Assembly (NCBI GenBank): GCA_963745035.1
Contig: CAVUVW010000014.1
Span: forward strand, 256,001 to 320,000
DNA from: an uncultured delta proteobacterium
GTDB lineage: Bacteria > Desulfobacterota > Binatia > UBA9968
Direction: 5' to 3'
DNA: 64,000 bases
The stretch's first letter is position 1, and each line of letters opens with the position of its first letter. Shown here piece after piece: positions 29,794-39,393 of the stretch. The notes under the pieces are model-generated. The model made no database searches. It was not told the DNA's origin and saw nothing but the letters and a program-made list of their open reading frames with translations. Position numbers and translations under genes: made by a program.

Positions 29794-31020
29794 TCATCCC
29801 TTCACGCACACCACCTGGCGCAACGTATGCGCGATCTCGACTAGATCTTTTTGCGCGTTCATCACGTCATCGATGGGCTTGTAGGCCATCGGCGTCTCGT
29901 CGATCACCGCCGCATCCTTCCGGCATTCGACTCCGGCCGTCGCTTTGCAGTGGTCTTCGATCGAAAACCGCCGCTTGGCTTCGCCGCGCGACATCGCCCG
30001 GCCGGCGCCGTGGCTGCAGCTCTGAAAGCTTTCCGGATTTCCCAGGCCGCGGACGATGAAGGAGCGCGCGCCCATGCTGCCCGGAATGATTCCCAGATCG
30101 CCCTTGCGGGCGCGGACCGCGCCCTTGCGCGTGACCAAAACCATCGAGCCATAGTGTTCTTCGCGCGCCACGTAATTGTGATGGCAGTTGACCGCCGTTT
30201 CGGCGAGTGAAAACGGCGGCACTTCGCCCGACTCGGCTATCGCGTCGACCAACTGCTCCATCATCAGCTTGCGATTGTAGAGCGCGAACTCCTGTGCCCA
30301 GCTCACCGCGTCGAAGTAGTCTTCGAAGTGCTCGCTACCCTCCTGAAAATAAGCCAGGTCTTTGTCGGGCAAGTTCTTCAGGTGCTGGCGCATGTCGTTC
30401 TTCGCCATCTCGATGAAAAACATGCCGATGCGGTTGCCGACGCCGCGCGAGCCGCTGTGCAGCATGAACCAGACCTGGTCACTCTCGTCCAAACACACTT
30501 CAATGAAATGATTGCCGGTGCCGAGAGTGCCGAGATGATTCACATCGTTGCCCCGGTCGAGTTTCGGATACTTGTCGATGATCGCCTTGTAGCCGTTCTG
30601 AAGCTGGCGCCAGACGCCGATCTGCCGTTTCGGCAGCTCGCGCCACGCGCCTTTGTCCTTTCGCCCGCCGTTATCGGTCCGCCCGTGCGGGATCGCTCTT
30701 TCGATCGCCGTCCGAATGCCGCGCAAATTATCCGGCAACTGATTCGCGGTCAGCGTGGTCTGTACCGCCATCATGCCGCAGCCGATATCTACGCCGACCG
30801 CCGCGGGAATGATCGCGCCTTTCGTAGAAATCACGCTCCCCACCGTCGCGCCGATCCCCCAGTGCACATCCGGCATCGCCGCCACCCATTTATAAATAAA
30901 CGGTAGCCGCGCCACGTTGCGCAACTGCTTTTCCGCCTCCGCCTCGATCGCCACGCCTTTCGTCCAGGCTTTGATCGGCACGCCGTTTTCGGCTTCGATC
31001 AACTGATAGGGTTTCTCCAT
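29794..31020 (-). CDS. rtcB: RNA 2',3'-cyclic phosphate/5'-OH ligase RtcB
   Basis: MPDVHWG, GVDIGCG, GTLGTGNHF, LHSGSRG, HHNY, TRKGA, SCSHGAGR, DETPMAYK, VCVKG. Confidence 0.96.
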   Translation of the reverse strand: MEKPYQLIEAENGVPIKAWTKGVAIEAEAEKQLRNVARLPFIYKWVAAMPDVHWGIGATVGSVISTKGAIIPAAVGVDIGCGMMAVQTTLTANQLPDNLRGIRTAIERAIPHGRTDNGGRKDKGAWRELPKRQIGVWRQLQNGYKAIIDKYPKLDRGNDVNHLGTLGTGNHFIEVCLDESDQVWFMLHSGSRGVGNRIGMFFIEMAKNDMRQHLKNLPDKDLAYFQEGSEHFEDYFDAVSWAQEFALYNRKLMMEQLVDAIAESGEVPPFSLAETAVNCHHNYVAREEHYGSMVLVTRKGAVRARKGDLGIIPGSMGARSFIVRGLGNPESFQSCSHGAGRAMSRGEAKRRFSIEDHCKATAGVECRKDAAVIDETPMAYKPIDDVMNAQKDLVEIAHTLRQVVCVKG

Positions 31021-31211
31021 AATTCAAGTCTAACGCAGCGGGGGACGTTGCTAAAGCCAAGCGGGCGCGGATCCGATAGTTCACTTCGTCCGCAAATTTG
31101 CTGTGAGGATGTCGGCGACTGGGCGAGCCCTGCTTTAATTCTCCTTGACGCTCCGCCTAAATCCGCCTATCAGTAAGGCGCGATGAATTGCTCCCTGGTA
31201 CAGCGAAGTCC

Positions 31212-32012
31212 ATGGTGATCCTGACACTCCGCAATGTGAGCAAAGTGTTCGGCAGTTCGGACAACGGGTCCGAGCAAGTTGTCGCCATGAGTGACGTGTC
31301 GCTCGACGTCAACGCGGGGGAGTTCTTTTCCATCATCGGACCCTCTGGGTGCGGCAAGTCCACGTTGCTGCGGATCATCGGCGGTTTGCTCGACGCTTCT
31401 TCGGGAGAATTGACGGTCGGCGGCGAGCCGGTCAAAGGGCCGCACCCCTGGGTTGGCATGGTCTTTCAGGAGGAATCGACGTTTCCCTGGCGCACGACTT
31501 TGGGCAATGTCGAATTCGGACTCGAAATGCGCGGTGTGCCGGTGAATGAAAGAAGAGCTAAAGCGCGCGAGATGATCCGGCTCGTCGGCCTGTCCGGCTT
31601 TGAAGAACGCTATCCGTCGGAGCTTTCCGGGGGCATGAAGCAGCGTGTCGCGATCGCGCGGGCGCTGGTCCTCGAACCGAAGATCTTGCTCATGGATGAG
31701 CCGTTCGGCGCGCTGGACGAGCAAACGCGCATCATTCTCGGCGAGGAGTTACTGCGTATCCAAGACGAGCTCAAGCAGACGATTATTTTAGTCACGCACA
31801 ATATCAACGAGTCGGTGCAACTCTCCGACCGTGTCATGATCATGACCGCTCGGCCTGGTCGCGTAAAGGAACTCGTGGCGATCGACTTGCCGCACCCGCG
31901 CGATTCTTCAATAATTGCTTCGGAACGATTTGGCCGTTTGGTCGCTCAGGTCTGGAATGCGCTCAGAGAGGAATCGATCAAGAGTTTCAAACAGACGGAA
32001 CAACGGCACTAA
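31212..32012 (+). CDS. ABC transporter ATP-binding protein (TauB/SsuB-like)
   Basis: GPSGCGKST, LSGGMKQR, LLMDEPFGALD, VTH. Confidence 0.95.
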   Translation: MVILTLRNVSKVFGSSDNGSEQVVAMSDVSLDVNAGEFFSIIGPSGCGKSTLLRIIGGLLDASSGELTVGGEPVKGPHPWVGMVFQEESTFPWRTTLGNVEFGLEMRGVPVNERRAKAREMIRLVGLSGFEERYPSELSGGMKQRVAIARALVLEPKILLMDEPFGALDEQTRIILGEELLRIQDELKQTIILVTHNINESVQLSDRVMIMTARPGRVKELVAIDLPHPRDSSIIASERFGRLVAQVWNALREESIKSFKQTEQRH

Positions 32013-32024
32013 GGAGGTCAAGTG

Positions 32025-33029
32025 ATGAAGAAACGACTCTCAGCCGTAAGGGAAAATGTCGTATTGGGCATATTGTTCCTGTGCGTCCTATTCGGAGCTT
32101 CGTCCGCATGGGCCGCCGCGGCGCGCACCAAAATCATCGTGGTGGTGCCACATCGCATCCTGTTTACTGTCGCGCTGCCGGTTTACATCGCCCAAGAAAA
32201 AGGCTTCTACAAAGAAAATAATATCGACGTCGATGCCGTCTTCACGCGCGGCGGCGGTGAGAACGTCCAGGCCGTGGTTTCCGGGGACGCCCAGATCGGT
32301 CTTGGCACGGGTACGCTGGCCGTCATTACCGCCTTCGTCAAAAAGGCACCGATCAAGATCGCCGCCGCCGAGATCACCGGCATGGACGCCTTCTGGTATG
32401 TGCAGAGCAATACTTCGATGCGCAAATTGGAAGATCTCTCCGGGAAAAAGGTCGCCTACAGCCGGCCGGGCGCTTCCAGCCACATGGCGGTGCTCGCCAT
32501 CGCGGATCAGGTCAAAGCCAAAGGTTTGAAGCCCGCAGAGCCGGTTTCTCTGGGCGGCATACCCGAGGTCTACACCGCGGTGCGCACCGGCCAGGCCGAT
32601 GCCGGCTGGTCTGTGGCGCCGTTTCAACTCGATCGAGTGGAGAAGGGCGAGCTGCGCGTCGTGGTCAAGGGCGAGGAGATCGCGGCGATGAAGGAGATCA
32701 CCCCGCGAGTGCATTTTCTCAACAACGACTTCGCGGCGAAAAATCCCGACGCCGTGCGCGGCTTTTTCCGAGCCCAACAAAAGGCCCTCGACTACATGTT
32801 CGAGAACAAGGCGGACGCCGCGAAAATCTGGATCAAAAGAGCTGATTTGAAATTTCCCGAGTCCGCGGTGTTGAAGACCTGGGATTATTACAATCGAGCG
32901 GCGATGGCGCTGAAACCGATTCGCGGCCTGCAGGCCACCATCGAAGACGGCATCCGCAATAAATTTCTGACGCAGCCGCTGTCGCAAGCGGAGATCAACG
33001 CGCTCATCGACTTGACCTTTTTGCCGTAG
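32025..33029 (+). CDS. ABC transporter substrate-binding protein (NMT1/SsuA-like)
   Basis: Signal peptide; PVYIAQEKGFY; operonic with the ATPase and permeases. Confidence 0.92.
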   Translation: MKKRLSAVRENVVLGILFLCVLFGASSAWAAAARTKIIVVVPHRILFTVALPVYIAQEKGFYKENNIDVDAVFTRGGGENVQAVVSGDAQIGLGTGTLAVITAFVKKAPIKIAAAEITGMDAFWYVQSNTSMRKLEDLSGKKVAYSRPGASSHMAVLAIADQVKAKGLKPAEPVSLGGIPEVYTAVRTGQADAGWSVAPFQLDRVEKGELRVVVKGEEIAAMKEITPRVHFLNNDFAAKNPDAVRGFFRAQQKALDYMFENKADAAKIWIKRADLKFPESAVLKTWDYYNRAAMALKPIRGLQATIEDGIRNKFLTQPLSQAEINALIDLTFLP

Positions 33030-33041
33030 GAAAATGAACGC

Positions 33042-33368
33042 CCACGAAGTGATTCATGAGCTTACGCTCGCCGAAAGAGAATGAATGCGAGGAGTTTCTC
33101 CCAGACTCTTCCACGCGACCCGTCATTCCCGCGCACGCGGGAATCCAGGTTTTTCCGCCCCAATTAGCCTGCATACCCGCCTCCGCTTTCGCGAGGGCAT
33201 GCTTTCGAATCGCGGGTATGACGGACGGCGGGCGGTTGCGTAACTTGCTCGGAGTTTTCATGCTATGGCTCAGCAATCCGCAATTTTCGAGGAGTCGTGA
33301 AGCCCACGAAGATAAGAGAATCATGTCACTCGGCACGCATCGCGTTCTTTCGTGACTCCGAGGTGAAG
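33042..33368 (+). repeat. MITE-like dispersed repeat, copy 1, with internal REP-type hairpins
   Basis: 33-bp end identical in inverted orientation to 35920-35952; internal gtcattcccgcgcacgcgggaatcc ... gcgggtatgac; right boundary approximate. Confidence 0.65.
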
Positions 33369-33381
33369 TCGGATTTTGCCG

Positions 33382-34128
33382 ATGTCTGAAAACACACGGC
33401 TCACGGCCTGGCGTTTAGGGATCATCTTCGCGGTCGTCATCGTCGCCGAGTCCGCTGTCAGATTGGGTTGGATCAGCGGCTTTTTTCTCGCCGCGCCGAC
33501 GCGGGCGGCGGTGGTGCTCTGGGAGCAGATCGTCCACGGCAACGCGCTTTGGTTGACGGCGATCACGCTTTTCGAGATCGCCGCGTGTCTGCTGATTTCC
33601 ACCGTGGTCGGGGTACTCGCCGGATTCTTCCTTTGGCGCTACAAGCTCATCGGCACCAGCTACGAGATGTTTCTCGCGGCGCTGTTCTCGTCTCCGGTGA
33701 TTCTCGCCTATCCGATTTTTCTCGTCACCTTCGGCAGGAGCAGCGCGGCCGTCATCGCGCTGTCTTCGATCTTCGGCTTGATTCCGATCATCATCAACAC
33801 CAAAGGAGCCTTCCAGAACGTCAATCCGATCCTGCTGCAAGTCGGCGCCAGCATGAATCTCACCGGCAAGCAGATGTTTCGGCATATTCTCGTGCCGGCG
33901 GTCGCGCCGGCGATCTTCAGCGGCTTTCGCCTAGCGCTGACTTACATTCTCAAATCGGTTCTCGGGTTAGAATACGTCGCGCAGGTCGGCGGCGTCGGCA
34001 TGTGGCTTTCCGACGCCGCGTTCAAGTTCGAAGTCGAGGAAGTTTACGCCGGTTTGTTGGGGACGATCACCTTGTCGATCCTGTTTCTCTACTTGATCAA
34101 CCGCAGCGAAGTTTTGGTGCGCAGATAA
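33382..34128 (+). CDS. ABC transporter permease (TauC/SsuC-like)
   Basis: Six hydrophobic segments; EAA-like loop LLQVGASMNLTGKQMFRHILVPA. Confidence 0.9.
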   Translation: MSENTRLTAWRLGIIFAVVIVAESAVRLGWISGFFLAAPTRAAVVLWEQIVHGNALWLTAITLFEIAACLLISTVVGVLAGFFLWRYKLIGTSYEMFLAALFSSPVILAYPIFLVTFGRSSAAVIALSSIFGLIPIIINTKGAFQNVNPILLQVGASMNLTGKQMFRHILVPAVAPAIFSGFRLALTYILKSVLGLEYVAQVGGVGMWLSDAAFKFEVEEVYAGLLGTITLSILFLYLINRSEVLVRR

Positions 34129-34130
34129 CC

Positions 34131-34946
34131 ATGGCCGGCTCCCCACAGAATGCGCTGTTCCTCGGCGGATCGATCCGGACGCCGCTCGGCGTGCAAACGC
34201 TTACGCTACTCCTGGTGATCGCCGTCTGGGAAATCATCGGCCGCACCGGCATTCTCTTCGCCGAGCTGTTTCCACCACTCGTCGAAATCCTCCAATCGCT
34301 TTGGCGCTACCTGACGACGCCGATAATTCTGCCGCACTTGCGGGCCAGTCTCTACGAAGTCGGCGGCGCGCTCGCGCTCGCAGCGCTTTCCGGCATTCCC
34401 TTGGGGATTCTCTGGGGCAGCCGGAAAAGCTGGCTGGAAATCGTCGAGCCGCTGATTCTTTATGCAGCGGTGGTCCCCAAGATCGTGATCTTTCCGGTGT
34501 TCATTCTCTTCTTGGGCATCGACGTTCACTCCAAGCTCGCCGTCGGCGCCATCGCCGCATTCTTTCCCATCTCGCTGTTGACGATCGCCGGCATGCGCGA
34601 GGTCAAGAAAGTCTATATCGACGTGGCGCGCACCGCCGGCGCCAACGCCTATCAAATCGCCACGCGCGTTTATCTGCCGGCCATCGCCGGGCAGGTTTTC
34701 ACGGGCATTCGCATCGGCATGGGCGCGGCAGTGACCGGCGCGCTCTTGGCCGAAACCAAGATCGCCAAAGCCGGGCTTGGCTTCATGATCGTTGAATACT
34801 ACGGCCAGTTCCGCATCGCCGACATGTACTCTTTATTGCTTTTTATTTTTATCCTGGCCGCCCTGGCCAATTGGGCGATGAAGGCTTTGTTTGCCCGGCT
34901 ATCGCCGAGCGCGCGCGCCGCTCAGGATGCCGCAATGTACTTCTAA
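34131..34946 (+). CDS. ABC transporter permease (TauC/SsuC-like)
   Basis: YIDVARTAGANAYQIATRVYLPA loop; hydrophobic segments. Confidence 0.9.
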   Translation: MAGSPQNALFLGGSIRTPLGVQTLTLLLVIAVWEIIGRTGILFAELFPPLVEILQSLWRYLTTPIILPHLRASLYEVGGALALAALSGIPLGILWGSRKSWLEIVEPLILYAAVVPKIVIFPVFILFLGIDVHSKLAVGAIAAFFPISLLTIAGMREVKKVYIDVARTAGANAYQIATRVYLPAIAGQVFTGIRIGMGAAVTGALLAETKIAKAGLGFMIVEYYGQFRIADMYSLLLFIFILAALANWAMKALFARLSPSARAAQDAAMYF

Positions 34947-34960
34947 CGATCGAGCGCACT

Positions 34961-35734
34961 ATGAAAGAGCTTTTCATCATGCTGCGCCAGCGCCTGGGCA
35001 CCACGCGAATCGCGCGCCGGCTTTATCGTCTGCTACCGTCGGGCAAACGCTGCAAGGAATGCCTCGTGCCGTTTCTCGGGCTCTGCTCCTTGCCGTTTCG
35101 TCTGTTACAGATCCGCCCGTCGCGGAAGAATCCCAACCTCTGCACGCTTTGATACGAGCTGGCTCCTCCGGGCGGGGAGACGCTCAACATTTCGATTTTG
35201 TTCGCCGATATCCGCGGCTTTACCGCCTTCGCCGAACAGCTCCATCCCGCGGACGTGGCGGCGCGACTCAATCGTTTCTACGAGCTTGCTTCGCGGGCGA
35301 TCTTTCGCCGCGACGGCACCCTCGACAAGCTCGTCGGCGATCAGGTCATGGCATTTTTCGGTGCGCCCATTGGCCGCGATGATCATGCCGGGCGAGCGGT
35401 GGCAACCGCGCGAGAGATCATGCGCGCTCTCGCCGCGCCGGAGGCGGGAGAGCGCTTGAGCGTCGGCATCGGTATCTCCACCGGCGAAGCGTTTGTCGGC
35501 AACGTCGGCGGCGGCGAGGTGGCCGACTACACCGTGCTCGGCGACACGGTGAACGTCGCCGCGCGGCTGCAAGGCGAGGCGGCATCCGGCGAAATTCTTG
35601 TATCGCACGAAACCTATGCGCGGGTCGCGACGGAATTTCCCTATGCGAAACGCCGCGAGCTCTTGCTCAAGGGCAAAAGCGAGCCGGTGATCGCCTGGGA
35701 GATCATGCGAGACGCGCTGCGGCGCGGTAGGTAG
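34961..35734 (+). CDS. Class III adenylate cyclase with N-terminal CxxC...CxxU module; candidate selenoprotein (TGA 35150-35152 = Sec64)
   Basis: RCKEC...RPSRKNPNLCTL-TGA-YELAPPGGETLNISILFADIRGFT reads in one frame; catalytic DKLVGD and TVLGDTVNVAARL intact; hairpin 3' of the TGA. Confidence 0.8.
35153..35185 (+). promoter_or_regulatory. Putative bacterial SECIS element
   Basis: Lower stem gagc/gctc; upper stem ctcctc/ggggag; G-rich loop cgggc starting 16 nt after the UGA. Confidence 0.6.
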
Positions 35735-35770
35735 CTAGCGTGATAGGGCGTTTCATGGGGATTAAGCACC

Positions 35771-35952
35771 TTCACCACGAAGGTGCGAAGGACAGGCGGT
35801 GGTTGAGTTTTTTAACCGGAAAGAGAAAGATTTCTCACTTCGTTCGAAATCACAGCGTCTACTATTGTTGTCATTCCGAACAGATGTGAGGAATCTATCC
35901 GGAGGCTTTCATTATTTTGTCGGCGAGCGTAAGCTCATGAATCACTTCGTGG
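35771..35952 (-). repeat. MITE-like dispersed repeat, copy 2, with a different internal REP-type cassette
   Basis: Ends accacgaag ... cttcgtggt; shares 33 bp with 33042-33074; internal agatttctcacttcgttcgaaat / gtcattccgaacagatgtgaggaatct. Confidence 0.65.
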
Positions 35953-36029
35953 TTGGGGTAACCTTGGTTGACACCGCTGATCGCTCTCAATTAGTGTGAA
36001 ACTATCGCCCGGCGCAAAGGAGAAATCCT

Positions 36030-37128
36030 ATGGAAAATAACAAGGATCTCGTGATCGATGCCGATGCTCACGTCGTCGAGTGCGCGCGCACGTGGGAGTT
36101 TATGGATCCGTCCGAGGAGCGCTACCGGCCCATCCCGCTCGAAACCCGCGAGGAGGCGGGTGTCCGGCTTCAGTTCTGGGTGATCGACGGCAAAGTCAAA
36201 GGGTTTCGCTTCCCGGCTTTCTCTGCTGACGAGCTGGCCAAGCGCGCCCAACAAGTCGGCCGCAAGTTTGCCGACGCGCAGGAGGCGCGCGAGCTGGGCA
36301 ACGTCGATCTGCGGTTGGAGCACATGGACGAGACCGGCGTCGACGTGCAGGTGCTGCACAACACGATGTTTATCGAATCCGCCACCGATCGGGCCGCAGT
36401 CGAAGTCGCGTTGTGCAAGAGTTGGAACCGCTGGCTGGCCGATATCTGGAAGCGCGGAAAGGGACGGCTCCGCTGGTCCTGCATGGCGCCGACGCTCAGC
36501 ATGCCGGACGCCCTCGATCAGATTCGCTGGTCGCAGGAAAACGGCGCGTGCGCGGTTCTGCTTGCGCCCGATCGAAGGTCAGCGTTTGCTCGCCGATCCG
36601 TATTTTTATCCGATTTATGACGAAGCGCAGAAACTCGACATGCCGATCGCGATTCATATCGCCAACGGCAATCCGTGGCTGACCGACTTGTATAACCATC
36701 CCGTGCGCATCGCCTCGACCTTTCATCGCTTCAGAATCCCCACCGTAGGGGCATTCAATGACATCATCATGAGCGAGATCCACGACGTTTTTCCCAAGCT
36801 GCGCTTCGGCTTCATCGAAGCGAGCGCCCAATGGCTGCCCTGGGTGATGCATGAAGCGAGAAATCGTTTCAAAACGCTCGGCAGGAAGTGGCCGGAAAAC
36901 GCGATCCACGAGTTTGGCATGTATGTCACCTGTGAAAATTCCGATGACATTGCATACATCGCGCGCGAAGCCGGCGAAGATTGTCTCGTCATAGGCACCG
37001 ACTACGGCCATACCGATACTTCCAGCGACGTCGATGCGATCAAGACTTTTCGCGCAAGAAGCGATCTTTCCGGCGCGGTAAAGCAGAAAATTTTAAGCGA
37101 TAACGCCCGAGCGCTCTACGCGCTGTAA
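36030..37128 (+). CDS. Amidohydrolase_2 family protein (frameshift near 36560)
   Basis: IDADAHVVE; ORF 36030-36620 joins the frame containing DPYFYPIY, PKLRFGFIEA, IGTDYGHTD. Confidence 0.87.
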
Positions 37129-37155
37129 CCGGCATCGTCGACGAGACATCGCCGC

Positions 37156-38169
37156 GTGCGCTTCTACATAAACATTTTGACGACCTACTTCCCGGATCTC
37201 GATCCCGGCTACGACGTTTACTATCGCCAGGTGCTCGAGCAAGTCGAGCTTGCCGAAGAGCTGGGCTGGGAATGTTTCATGTTCAACGAGCATCACTTTC
37301 TCGGCTACGGCGGGCTCGTCGCCAATCCCGCCGTGCTGCTCGCCGCCGCCGCGGCGCGGACCTCGAAGATTCGCCTGGGGCCGTGCATCGCGATTCTGCC
37401 GCTTCGCCATCCGCTGCATAGCGCGGAAGATTACGCGATGGTCGATGCTATTTCCGGCGGCAGACTCGAATTCGGTATCGGCTCGGGCAACACCGAGCTG
37501 GATTACAGAGTCTTCGGCGTCACCCGTGAGAACGATCGTCAGCGCCTCCATGAAGCTCTCGACGTAATCTTGAAAGTATGGAGCAGCGAACGGGCGGGTC
37601 ACGACGGCGAGTTCTGGAAGTTCGACGAGTTGACTCTTTACCCGCGGCCGATCCAGCAGCCGCATCCGCCGATCTGGGTGGCGGGAACTTCCGCCGAAGG
37701 CCTCGGCTGGGCCGGCCGCCACGGCTATCACATCATGACCGTCGGCCACCCGCATCCTCCTGAGAAAGTGCGCGCCGGCGTGGAGGCGTGGAAGCAAGGA
37801 CTGATTGAGGCCGGATACGATCCGCGCGAGAAGCACTGCCAGTTTCACGTCCGCACCCACGTGAACGACAGCGCGGAGCAGGCGCGCTTGATCGGGATGG
37901 CGGCGGTGAAGCGCTACGACGAGATCTCACGCATCGGCCGCAAATCACTCACCGCGCCGCCGGGTGAATATGATTGGGACAAAATGCTCGCCACCGGTAG
38001 AAACAACTACGGTAATCCGGAGCAGTGCATCGAGAATATTCACAACGCGATGAAACATTATTATTTCGACACGCTCACCACTACGTTCAACTTCGGCGGC
38101 ATCCCGCACGCGGAGATTCTTAAATCCATGCGCCTGTTCGCCAGAGAAGTCATGCCGGCGTTTCGCTAA
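37156..38169 (+). CDS. LLM-class flavin-dependent oxidoreductase (luciferase-like)
   Basis: AEELGW..NEHHF, AARTSKIRLG, SGGRLEFGIG, PHPPIWVAG. Confidence 0.93.
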   Translation: MRFYINILTTYFPDLDPGYDVYYRQVLEQVELAEELGWECFMFNEHHFLGYGGLVANPAVLLAAAAARTSKIRLGPCIAILPLRHPLHSAEDYAMVDAISGGRLEFGIGSGNTELDYRVFGVTRENDRQRLHEALDVILKVWSSERAGHDGEFWKFDELTLYPRPIQQPHPPIWVAGTSAEGLGWAGRHGYHIMTVGHPHPPEKVRAGVEAWKQGLIEAGYDPREKHCQFHVRTHVNDSAEQARLIGMAAVKRYDEISRIGRKSLTAPPGEYDWDKMLATGRNNYGNPEQCIENIHNAMKHYYFDTLTTTFNFGGIPHAEILKSMRLFAREVMPAFR

Positions 38170-38229
38170 ACGCTAATTTTTGTCGGGCTGACGGGCTTGA
38201 CTGCGTTTGTCCTGTTGGCGGAAGTCAGC

Positions 38230-39261
38230 CTATTTGAGTATCTCCTTCATCTTGCTCACCAGCGCCGGCTCGAGCTTGAATAGCTCCCTTACCTGCTTCT
38301 CGATCTCGGCGCCGTCGATAGGATCGAGATCGAGCTTGGCTTTCTGCGTTTCGGCGAGAAACTCTGGATCTTTCATCGTGTCCATGAAGGCCTTGCGCAG
38401 CAGCCGCACGCGATCTTTCGGCGTGGCGGGCGGCAAAGCGTAAAATCGGTTGAGCACGCCGTTGACGCGCGCCGAAGTAAGAATCATTTTCTTGGCTTCT
38501 TCGGTCTTGGCCAGATCGACTGCCCAGGGCACGTTCGGCACCTCGGGGTGCGGTTTCAGATTGGCCTGAACCAACAGCACGACTTCGCCTCGCTCGAGCT
38601 CCGCGCGCCAGGTCGACTTAAACGATTCCCAGGAATTGCACGAGCCCTGAACTTCGCCGGCGTTGAACGCCAGGCGCACCGGGCCGGTGCCTTTGTAGCC
38701 GGAGACCAACTGCAGCGGCAGACCGAGGGTTGCCTTCAATACTTTTGGAATGTCGTCGGTGCCGCCGCCGGGCGCGACGCCGCCGATCTTGATGACCGTG
38801 CCCGAGGCGCGCCATTGTTCGACGCTGGTGATGCCCGTGGACTTGGCGACGCCGATCATGAAATTGTCCTGCGCCGGGACGCCGAGGAACTCGAACTTCG
38901 GCGCGTCGAATTCCACGCCGGGCAGGCCGAGGATCTGCTGGAACGACAGGCCGCCGATGAAGTTTCCGATGGTGAGGCCGTCCGGCTTGGCGACCTTGTA
39001 GACGTAGTTGGCCGCCAACAGGCTCGCTGCGCCGGGCATGTTTTCGACGACCGTCGTCGGATTGCCGGGGATGTGCTTGCCGATATGCCGCGCGATCACG
39101 CGCGAATAGGTATCAAAGCCGCCGCCGGGCGCCAGACCGACGATCAGTCGAATCGTCTTGCCTTTGTAAAAGAATTCCTGGCCGCCGACCGGACTTGGAT
39201 GAATGTTAAAAAAAAGCGCGATGCCGACAGCAAGGAATCCACGAACGACTCTGCGTTTCAT
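38230..39261 (-). CDS. Tripartite tricarboxylate transporter substrate-binding protein (Bug/TctC)
   Basis: KTIRLIVGLAPGGGFD, VVENMPGA, KPDGLTI, SGYKG. Confidence 0.92.
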   Translation of the reverse strand: MKRRVVRGFLAVGIALFFNIHPSPVGGQEFFYKGKTIRLIVGLAPGGGFDTYSRVIARHIGKHIPGNPTTVVENMPGAASLLAANYVYKVAKPDGLTIGNFIGGLSFQQILGLPGVEFDAPKFEFLGVPAQDNFMIGVAKSTGITSVEQWRASGTVIKIGGVAPGGGTDDIPKVLKATLGLPLQLVSGYKGTGPVRLAFNAGEVQGSCNSWESFKSTWRAELERGEVVLLVQANLKPHPEVPNVPWAVDLAKTEEAKKMILTSARVNGVLNRFYALPPATPKDRVRLLRKAFMDTMKDPEFLAETQKAKLDLDPIDGAEIEKQVRELFKLEPALVSKMKEILK

Positions 39262-39393
39262 GATTGCCTCCCGCGCACATCCCGCAGGTGCGCTTGCATT
39301 GCAATGTCTGGCTGCCAGCGATCCCGTGCCGTGTCGGAATCACGTCGTCCCAATACTCCATCACTCCAAGACTCCAGTTCTCCAATCGTACGA

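Noticed and set aside
31021-31170. Sigma-54 promoter or Y-RNA/tRNA-like element upstream of rtcB
   Set aside because: TTGGC is present but there is no GC at -12 spacing, and no cloverleaf is visible
33468-34946. 492-aa permease ORF
   Set aside because: The 5' part is an off-frame overlap of permease 1; the real start is ATG 34131
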